The position numbers were made by a program, and so were the translations under genes. The notes beneath the pieces are model-generated. The model was not told the origin of the DNA, made no database searches, and saw nothing but the letters and a program-made list of their open reading frames with translations. A stretch of 64,000 bases of DNA. It comes from Promethearchaeota archaeon (GTDB lineage Archaea > Asgardarchaeota > Lokiarchaeia > Sigyniarchaeales > SOKP01). Positions 40,545 to 47,908 of this stretch are shown here, piece after piece. The stretch is from the NCBI GenBank assembly GCA_019058445.1, contig JAHPZA010000010.1, positions 32,001 to 96,000 on the forward strand, in the 5' to 3' direction. Position 1 is the first letter of the stretch; each line of letters starts with the position of its first letter.

Positions 40545-42095
40545 ATGTCAGAAGAATCCAACAAGAAGGAAAGAAAAGAGGGAAAAAAAGCTAACGATCA
40601 AGAATCACAACATAATGAAGGACAACCAATAAAAGAAAACCATGAAAACCTAATTGAAAAACCTGTGATTATTAAAGCTGAAGCCTATAAAACAATTATA
40701 TTATATGCCAGTCGATATGCTAATAAATCTATTCCACAAGAAGAATGGAAAGAAATCTATGGAATTTTAATTGGATACTCTGACAATGATTTTATATATG
40801 TTGAAAAAGCTGAAGCAATGACGTTTGGTCATAAATATGATGTAGAACTAAATGTAAAACATTTAGGTTTTATTGAAGAAATTGAATTAAAGTATCAAAA
40901 CGAGGGTAAATATATGATTGGATGGTTTCACTCCCATCCTAGTTTCGGGCTATTCTTCTCAGTTATCGACCTTATAAATCAATATAAATTTCAGCAAGTG
41001 AATAATGATTTCTGTGGGTTAGTATTCGATCATACTCTTCTTGGGCAAAAGAAAGAAGAAAAAATAGAAGCCGAAGATGGAACTAAGCATAAAATAGCAA
41101 AATATGACACAGGATTTGAAATTTATCGTTTATCAGATATTAAAATGAATATAGACGATCCTCAATTTGAAAAAAATTATCATAAAGTAGACTATATTGT
41201 TGAAGGACTCAATAAATTCTTTTTTGCTAACGTTTTAACTGAACTTTCTGCCTTAGTCTCTGCTGGAAAACCATTACAAGAGGCGTATGGTGAACATTAT
41301 GAACTTGAATCTTCTGAAAAAAAGGAGGAGATAAGAAAAGAAAGTTTGGTTAAAATCCCTATTTCAGATGATATTGAGTTTGATGTGGACGATTTTTTTT
41401 ATGGAGATCTTAGTAAAAAAGAAAAAAAAAAAACACAATTATGTGAGGAGGCTGAACAACTTATCTATGAGGGAAACCAAGCTTTTGAAGAAAGAAATGC
41501 ATTTATGGGTGTTGAAAAATACCAGCAAGGTATAGAACGATATAAGAAAATCAATGATAGAGAACGAGTCTTTGCCTTACTAAGGAATTTAGCAGAGCAT
41601 TGTATTGCTTCAAATCATCAAGTACTAGCGAAAAAATTTGCCGAGGAATTATTCAGTTTATCTGAGAAATATAACAACCTATTTTACAGAGCTGAAGCGA
41701 ATTATTTAGTAGGATACCTTTCTCTGAAAGAAGGAGAAAATGAAGATTTAGAATCAGCATTAAGACAAATCCAAAAAGCTTCAATTGATTATGAAAATGC
41801 AGGAGATTTTGCTGGCGCTGGCAAATGTTATCATAAAATTGGAACAATTTATCAATCTCGTTTAATGAGACCTTATAATGCCTGTCTTTTCTATGAACAG
41901 GCTTTAAGAAGTTTCAATCAAGCATTACTTAAAGGACATCCTTTACGTACTTCGATATGGAGTAAAGCAGAATTATTATCCCAAAAAATAATAGAACTAA
42001 AAGATCTAGTTGAGGAACTAATTCCAAAAATCGAAAACACAGAAGAAAGAAAAAAAATTATAGAAGATCTTAATTCAATTAATACTACTTTTTAG
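40545..42095 (+). CDS. MPN/JAMM domain protein fused to TPR-like helical repeats
   Basis: EIYGILIG...GWFHSHPSFGLFFSVID; C-terminal TPR/SNAP-like repeats. Confidence 0.8.
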   Translation: MSEESNKKERKEGKKANDQESQHNEGQPIKENHENLIEKPVIIKAEAYKTIILYASRYANKSIPQEEWKEIYGILIGYSDNDFIYVEKAEAMTFGHKYDVELNVKHLGFIEEIELKYQNEGKYMIGWFHSHPSFGLFFSVIDLINQYKFQQVNNDFCGLVFDHTLLGQKKEEKIEAEDGTKHKIAKYDTGFEIYRLSDIKMNIDDPQFEKNYHKVDYIVEGLNKFFFANVLTELSALVSAGKPLQEAYGEHYELESSEKKEEIRKESLVKIPISDDIEFDVDDFFYGDLSKKEKKKTQLCEEAEQLIYEGNQAFEERNAFMGVEKYQQGIERYKKINDRERVFALLRNLAEHCIASNHQVLAKKFAEELFSLSEKYNNLFYRAEANYLVGYLSLKEGENEDLESALRQIQKASIDYENAGDFAGAGKCYHKIGTIYQSRLMRPYNACLFYEQALRSFNQALLKGHPLRTSIWSKAELLSQKIIELKDLVEELIPKIENTEERKKIIEDLNSINTTF

Positions 42096-42173
42096 ATTTC
42101 ATAACTATAGGTTTGAATTAAAAAATCAAAAAAAATATATTTTGTGAAATATTATTTTATTTACTCTTTTTAG

Positions 42174-42920
42174 GTGAGAAAAAAAATTCCACGAAGAAAA
42201 CAAAAAGTTAAATATTCTCGTAAACTTGCGTGTCAACATCTTGAACCTATAGGTGATATTTCTAATAGTTTACAACCTTTATGCTATTGCCCTGAGAGGG
42301 ATCTGGTACTTGGAACTAGAGCGTATGTATGCCAAGTATGTTCTCTCTATAACCCTCGTTCAAATATCTCGATATCGGAAATTTATGCTGAAAGTAAAAA
42401 AATTGCAGAAAAACAAATAAAAGAGAAAAAATTGGAATTATCTGAAGTTGACATTGAGGATATAGAATTAGAAGAAGATGTTGACTTATCCATTGACGAA
42501 TTTGAGGAAGAAGAAGAAATTCAATTAAAATTTGAAAAAAGAAAAGCCGGGAAAGCCGATGTTGAGGATAGTGATGATGAATTTGCTGAAGTTGAATGTC
42601 CGTTCTGTGGTGAATTATTTGATGATCTCGCATCACATATTCGAGAATGTGAATTTGCGCCTGAAGATGTTAGCATAGAAGAATATTTACCCTCGAAACC
42701 CAAAAAAAAAAGAAAAAAGAAAAAAGGGCCTGCTAAAGCTGCAAAAGAAAAAGATGGTAAAGCTGCGGGAAAGGCATCAAAAGATAAAAAAGCTTGTCCC
42801 TACTGTGGAAAGGAATTTGTTAGATTGGGACGCCATTTAAAATCTTGTTCCAAAAGACCTGAGGATGCTGATGAAGAAAAAGAAACAAAATTCTTAAATG
42901 GAGAGCTTGATTCACTCTAA
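42174..42920 (+). CDS. Zinc-finger protein with two C2HC fingers and acidic and basic tracts
   Basis: CPFC...SHIREC, CPYC...RHLKSC; N-terminal Cys cluster. Confidence 0.7.
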   Translation: MRKKIPRRKQKVKYSRKLACQHLEPIGDISNSLQPLCYCPERDLVLGTRAYVCQVCSLYNPRSNISISEIYAESKKIAEKQIKEKKLELSEVDIEDIELEEDVDLSIDEFEEEEEIQLKFEKRKAGKADVEDSDDEFAEVECPFCGELFDDLASHIRECEFAPEDVSIEEYLPSKPKKKRKKKKGPAKAAKEKDGKAAGKASKDKKACPYCGKEFVRLGRHLKSCSKRPEDADEEKETKFLNGELDSL

Positions 42921-42952
42921 GAAATATTTATTTATTATTTTACAATTAATAT

Positions 42953-43870
42953 ATGACAGAAAAGATTAATTATTGCGAGCCAGTTTTTAGACCCCCAAGT
43001 GAAGCTTATTCTTTATTAATTCAACTTACTGAAGGCTGCACTTTCAAATGCGACTTTTGTATGTCAAATCTTCGAAAACATTTTCTTGTTAGAGAAGTTG
43101 AAGATGTGAAAAAGGATCTTAATATTGCTAAAAAGTTATATGCTAATAGGATTAAAAAGATTTTTTTTCTAGATGGTAATGCAATGGTGACTCCCGCTGA
43201 GAAGTTGCTTGAAGTAGTAAAATACGCGAAAGAATTATTTCCAAATTTAGAAAGATGTGCGGTCTATGCTCATGCAAAAGATATCCTCAAAAAGTCTGAT
43301 GAGCAGTTAAGAGAATTATCAGATTCAGGATTAAAAATGGCTTATGTGGGATTTGAATCAGGGTATAATAAACTTTTAAAAGCGGTCAATAAGCATGCAA
43401 CTAAAGAAGAGTTTATTGCTGCTTCAAAAAAGCTTTTCAAGGCGGATATCACCCTTTCAGCAACGTTGATTAACGGACTTGGAGGTGCAGGCAATTTAGA
43501 ACTATCAGAGATGCATGCAAAAGAGTCTGCAGATCTAGTCAATAAAATATGTCCTCTTGATGATAGATTATGGTATATAGCATTTCTTACATTAATGGTG
43601 CCTCAAGGGACGGAGATTTATAAGGAAAAAGCAAGAGGAAAATTCAAGGAAATGGATCAATTTGAAATATTACACGAATTAAAAATATTTATGCAAAATA
43701 TCAAATTTGCAAATAAAAATGCGAACTGTATTTTTCGCTCTAATCATGCTTCGAACTACTTACCTATTAAAGGAATTTTAGATAGAGATAAAGATAAGAT
43801 TATATCCACTCTCAACTATGGATTGAATCATCCAGAAGTAATGAGACCCGAATTTTATAGGGGATTGTAA
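42953..43870 (+). CDS. Radical SAM protein
   Basis: FRPPSEAYS, CTFKCDFC, YVGFESG, SNHASNY. Confidence 0.9.
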   Translation: MTEKINYCEPVFRPPSEAYSLLIQLTEGCTFKCDFCMSNLRKHFLVREVEDVKKDLNIAKKLYANRIKKIFFLDGNAMVTPAEKLLEVVKYAKELFPNLERCAVYAHAKDILKKSDEQLRELSDSGLKMAYVGFESGYNKLLKAVNKHATKEEFIAASKKLFKADITLSATLINGLGGAGNLELSEMHAKESADLVNKICPLDDRLWYIAFLTLMVPQGTEIYKEKARGKFKEMDQFEILHELKIFMQNIKFANKNANCIFRSNHASNYLPIKGILDRDKDKIISTLNYGLNHPEVMRPEFYRGL

Positions 43871-43956
43871 TTTACATCCTTTTTCATTCTCTAAAATAAT
43901 TATGCTATGGAAATAAAACTTGGTAAATTTTTATAATTTTATACATTAATTTTTTC

Positions 43957-44580
43957 ATGAAAATTGCTTTAATTGTTGGATCTCCAAGAAAAAATAGAAG
44001 TTGTAATTTTTTAATTGATAAGGCAATTGAAGGGATTAAATCTGTAGGCGAAGAGTTTGAAATAAAAAAGGTCCAAATTGCTGATTATCAAATATCTCCC
44101 TGCAATGGTTGTGATCAATGTTTAAGACCTCCTAACGATTGTCCTTTGGCAGAAAACGATGATACGAAAAAATTAGAAGAACAAATATTAGGTTCATCAG
44201 CATTGTTTATAGCTGCTCCAAATTACTTTGGATCGGTAAGTTCTCAAATCAAAGTATTAATTGACCGCTCAAGACCATGGAAAATGAAGAATTATTTACT
44301 TAAAGATGTTATTTTTGCTCCTATGGCTTCTACTGGTCTCAGAAATGGCGGAGGAGGAGTTATCTCTGACTTGATCAATTTTGCTCTAATTCAGGGTATG
44401 ATTCTTGTTGGAAATACAGGTGGAAGTCCTGTATTGGAAGGTAACATACCTATTACAAGTCTTCAGAAATTCGCCCTTAAAGAATTTGTAGGTAAAGGAG
44501 AGACAGATGAATTAGCAGGAAAAATCTCATTTGATTTAGGGAAAAGAGTTGCTGAACTTATAAAAAAAATGAACAAGTAA
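43957..44580 (+). CDS. Iron-sulfur flavoprotein / flavodoxin family protein
   Basis: GSPRK, CNGCDQC...C, APNYFG, IDR. Confidence 0.88.
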   Translation: MKIALIVGSPRKNRSCNFLIDKAIEGIKSVGEEFEIKKVQIADYQISPCNGCDQCLRPPNDCPLAENDDTKKLEEQILGSSALFIAAPNYFGSVSSQIKVLIDRSRPWKMKNYLLKDVIFAPMASTGLRNGGGGVISDLINFALIQGMILVGNTGGSPVLEGNIPITSLQKFALKEFVGKGETDELAGKISFDLGKRVAELIKKMNK

Positions 44581-44632
44581 GAATTAATAAGAAAAAATAG
44601 TTTTAAATAAAATTTTTTATTATTTTTAGATT

Positions 44633-44950
44633 TTAATCTTCGTCATAGAATTCAATACTACTATTTTGTTCTTCTGTATCCCTTTCTGATTCTTCCTTGG
44701 TATAAACACCTATATATTTTTCTCCGGGCCATTTTGTATTTATAATAATACCGGATATAATTAAAATAGCAAAGATCACGTAATAGGGGACTAAACTACC
44801 AGTAGGGAAAAATCTTAGCAGGACGTCAACCCAAGATACCATCCAGGCACCAATAGGTGTAACAAAAGGTTTTAAAACGCCTAAAATCAACGCGATAATA
44901 TCTGCTATTATTTGCAAAAATTCAATCCTTTCATATTCTTGGAACCACAT
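44633..44950 (-). CDS. Hypothetical membrane protein
   Basis: Hydrophobic segments; GGAGG RBS upstream; last gene of a 3-gene operon. Confidence 0.7.
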   Translation of the reverse strand: MWFQEYERIEFLQIIADIIALILGVLKPFVTPIGAWMVSWVDVLLRFFPTGSLVPYYVIFAILIISGIIINTKWPGEKYIGVYTKEESERDTEEQNSSIEFYDED

Positions 44951-44968
44951 GTTGGTATTTACCTCCTT

Positions 44969-45487
44969 TTACTTTTTCCCTCTCTCGTATTTAATTTTTT
45001 CTCTATTTACCACAAAATCCAAAAGATCATATGCTTTTAAAATCACAGTTAGAAAATAGATTCCCATGTACAGCAGTATCATTTGCTGCAAATTCACTGT
45101 GACAATACCAAAATCCACTAGATCGAATTCTATTTCAAGGGCTCCAGAAAATTTGTAGCTCCATAGATATAAACAATTTAGAATAATCTGGATTAACGCA
45201 AAGGCACCACGTCTAATAGACTGCTTAGGTGCTGAGTAGGCAAAGAATGCTGTTCCAGAGATAATAAGCCCAAAAGCCCAAACATAGAATAGAATTTGAT
45301 TTACTTGCTGTTTATAAGCTTGTAATTCAACACCCTCGACATTAATCGTTTTTATCCAACTAAAAGTCCAAAAAGGGATAAGCACAGTACTAATAAAATA
45401 TATAGCGGCGATTATGGTTCCTCTGAGAATATTTTTAATTTTCGCATTTTCTAATTGCTTTGTAACTCTATCCTTATAAAAACTCAT
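44969..45487 (-). CDS. Hypothetical 4-TM membrane protein
   Basis: Four hydrophobic helices; 3 nt from the upstream gene. Confidence 0.72.
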   Translation of the reverse strand: MSFYKDRVTKQLENAKIKNILRGTIIAAIYFISTVLIPFWTFSWIKTINVEGVELQAYKQQVNQILFYVWAFGLIISGTAFFAYSAPKQSIRRGAFALIQIILNCLYLWSYKFSGALEIEFDLVDFGIVTVNLQQMILLYMGIYFLTVILKAYDLLDFVVNREKIKYERGKK

Positions 45488-45490
45488 TTT

Positions 45491-46054
45491 TTACACCTTC
45501 TCCTCAAATCCTCCTAAATCCATATCCTCTATATCTGCTTCAAATGAAATTAGTCCCAAGGAATATTTTGCCGAAATTTTTAATTCTTCTGCTACAAAAT
45601 CAAATATCGGATCTCTTGTTAAATCAGCATTCAGGGCAATATCAGTAAAATTTACATAGTCTATATCTTCATAATCAATACCAATTTTAAATTTCTTTTT
45701 CTCCCCGGCAGGAATGGTTGCAAATGATTTCTCATCTTCATAGAGTTTTACTTCTGTTGTAACATTGCCACTAACAGTAACTCTATCGTACACTAGATTT
45801 AACAACATCTCTACTTCCAGATCTTCTAAATCAAAATACCCCAAGTTATTAATTTCAAATTCAATATCAATTTCAAAGCTATTTGGATCAATAAATGGGT
45901 TGCCATCATAAGATACGTCAATATCGATATTTTCTTCATTAGTTAATATGAGTGCCGCAGAATACCCCCCTAGAAATGACACTAAAGACATTGAGGAAGC
46001 TAATATAAAGAGGAAGATTCGAACAATTAATCGAAAAATTCTTTCTGGTCTCAT
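45491..46054 (-). CDS. Hypothetical membrane-anchored protein with acidic beta-rich (LEA_2/Ig-like) domain
   Basis: N-terminal TM, EINNLGYFDL pattern, AGGAG RBS. Confidence 0.65.
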   Translation of the reverse strand: MRPERIFRLIVRIFLFILASSMSLVSFLGGYSAALILTNEENIDIDVSYDGNPFIDPNSFEIDIEFEINNLGYFDLEDLEVEMLLNLVYDRVTVSGNVTTEVKLYEDEKSFATIPAGEKKKFKIGIDYEDIDYVNFTDIALNADLTRDPIFDFVAEELKISAKYSLGLISFEADIEDMDLGGFEEKV

Positions 46055-46258
46055 AATTGTTCTCCTATATTCTTTTTATTATTTTCATTTCTTTTTGTTC
46101 AATTTTATAGGTAAATTGTGACTAATTAAAATTATAAAGTTCCATCTATTAAAATTTATATATTTTTCTATAGGAGAAAAATCATTATTTTACTTCTTTA
46201 CTTTAGAAATTTCAGATAAAATTGAAAGGTAAAAAAAAAAAGATGCTAATTAAAAAAC

Positions 46259-46270
46259 CGGTCGCAACCG
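46259..46270 (-). promoter_or_regulatory. Short hairpin immediately 3' of SECIS A, followed by U-tracts
   Basis: CGGT-TGCG-ACCG followed by TTTTTT and a longer T-run. Confidence 0.5.
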
Positions 46271-46273
46271 TAA

Positions 46274-46310
46274 ATCGCTAATCTTCTAACATTTATCAAG
46301 ATTAGTTCAT
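46274..46310 (-). promoter_or_regulatory. Eukaryote-type SECIS element A (3'UTR)
   Basis: AUGAA-CUAAUCUU-GAUAAAUGUUAG-AAGAUUAG-CGAU: AUGA/GA core, perfect 8-bp stem, apical AAA; 13 nt after the stop of 46324..46686. Confidence 0.88.
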
Positions 46311-46323
46311 TTTTTTAAAAGAA

Positions 46324-46686
46324 TTAAATATGTTCTATTTCCAATGAAAACGAGCCTCTGTATTTACCAAAAAGTTTCCATGTATGTGCATCGATTTTAA
46401 TTGTTTTTGAGTTACTTTTTAATTCATTTTTCAGGTATTTATCAATATAAATATCAAATCCACCATTATCAACTTCAATTTGATTCCATTTTTCAAAATG
46501 AGGATTATTAGCAACTTTATGTTTCTCAACTAATTGAACAACATCACTGCAAAATGTTCCGGATCAAGATCTGGTAAAGTATCTATAAATAGCAAAAACT
46601 AAATCATTTAACTTATTTTGTTTAACGATTTTATTATGCTTTTCCTGTAAAAGTGTTAAGGCTCTTTCTGATATTTCTAAATTCAT
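46324..46686 (-). CDS. Selenoprotein A (120 aa, Sec41, U-x4-C), HesB/IscA-like small protein; absent from ORF track
   Basis: AGGAG RBS; MNLEISERALTLLQEKHNKIVKQNKLNDLVFAIYRYFTRS-U(TGA 46564-46566)-SGTFCSDVVQLVEKHKVANNPHFEKWNQIEVDNGGFDIYIDKYLKNELKSNSKTIKIDAHTWKLFGKYRGSFSLEIEHI; SECIS downstream. Confidence 0.85.
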
Positions 46687-46809
46687 CAATATACTCCTAA
46701 TCTTTGCTCAAAACTTTTTATTATTTATTTCTTTATAAATGAAAAAAGCTGAGAACTAAAAATAATATGGTTTATAATTTAAAATTTTAAGAATAATTTT
46801 AGTTATAAA

Positions 46810-47154
46810 TTATTTTTTATCTTCCTTTAAAATGAGAGATACAAATTCATCTTCAAATTTCTCAGTTTTCTGTATGTCTATTAATATTTTTCCTATCTCT
46901 GGAAAATCTTTTAATATCCTTCTTTCAATATAAATAAGAACAGTATTACCATAACCATCATCAACTTCTTCATATTTTTCGTATAGATCTATCTCAATTT
47001 TCGCCTCAGTAAAATTTAATTCAAGATAATAATCTAAATATGACCCCGCACAAGCCTGTTTGCTAATTTGATATATGAGAATTACAGGTTTTACATTTCT
47101 GCCTTCTTTTCGTGCCTGAATATATTCAATTGTGTCTTTTGTTAAAGAAAACAT
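46810..47154 (-). CDS. Cys-containing paralogue of the flanking selenoproteins
   Basis: ILIYQISKQA-C-AGSYLD aligns with FAIYRYFTRS-U-SGTFCS; shared IYIE...I.ID pattern; no SECIS in its 3' region. Confidence 0.8.
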   Translation of the reverse strand: MFSLTKDTIEYIQARKEGRNVKPVILIYQISKQACAGSYLDYYLELNFTEAKIEIDLYEKYEEVDDGYGNTVLIYIERRILKDFPEIGKILIDIQKTEKFEDEFVSLILKEDKK

Positions 47155-47245
47155 TTTTAAATTCCTTTATTAAAACTTATTATGTTTATTAATTATCATT
47201 TTTACCTCATTTTACGTTCTCATTATTCTATTTTCATATATGGAA

Positions 47246-47259
47246 CGGGTGCATAACCG
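47246..47259 (-). promoter_or_regulatory. Short hairpin immediately 3' of SECIS B
   Basis: CGGT-TATGC-ACCCG, 3 nt after the SECIS core, the same spacing as copy A. Confidence 0.45.
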
Positions 47260-47262
47260 CAA

Positions 47263-47298
47263 ATCATTTTTCTTCTAACATTTTAAAGAAAAACTCAT
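47263..47298 (-). promoter_or_regulatory. Eukaryote-type SECIS element B (3'UTR)
   Basis: AUGAG-UUUUUCUU-UAAAAUGUUAG-AAGAAAAA-UGAU; perfect 8-bp stem; 3 nt after the stop of 47302..47682. Confidence 0.88.
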
Positions 47299-47301
47299 AT
47301 T

Positions 47302-47682
47302 TTAACCATATACATCTTTTTGTTTCTTAAGAAATAATAAACCCATTTGCTCACCATTCAATTCACCAAGTGCCACATCAATTAGTACTATAGTTTTTTG
47401 TGTTAATTCTTGGATCAAATCATTTTCAATATAAACTTCAATATTAGGGTCATCTATTATCTCATTCCATTGAATAAAATTTTCCTTTTCATCAAGAACC
47501 TTATGCTTTTCGACTAATTCGATGACATTACCACAGAAGGCCATTGTTCAACTCCCCCCAGAATAATAGAAAATCACCAGAACATATTTATTTAGCTCGT
47601 TCAATATTTCATTCTGTTCAAATGGTTTATTCTTATTGTAAATAAAATCCAATGCTTTTTTAGAGATTTGTATTTTAAACAA
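47302..47682 (-). CDS. Selenoprotein B (126 aa, Sec45, U-x4-C); track ORF 47302..47544 is only its post-UGA part
   Basis: AGGTGG RBS, TTG start; MFKIQISKKALDFIYNKNKPFEQNEILNELNKYVLVIFYYSGGS-U(TGA 47548-47550)-TMAFCGNVIELVEKHKV...; SECIS downstream. Confidence 0.85.
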
Positions 47683-47908
47683 AAACCACCTACTTTAATT
47701 CTTGATTAATTAATATTTATGAAATAAATAGTTAAAATTTATCAAAAAGCTTTGGATTTCTCGATCCTTAAGCATTGATTTCAAAAGCCAGAATGGTTTT
47801 TTTATGATAATTAATTAACCAAAACCAATAAGTAGAAATATCATTATTTCTACATTTTTTTTAACCATTTAACAACTAACTCTTAAATAGAAAATAAAAT
47901 GAATTAGA

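Noticed and set aside
47794-47827. Inverted repeat TGGTTTT-N20-AAAACCA in the divergent promoter region
   Set aside because: Short and low-complexity in AT-rich DNA; no second copy noticed.
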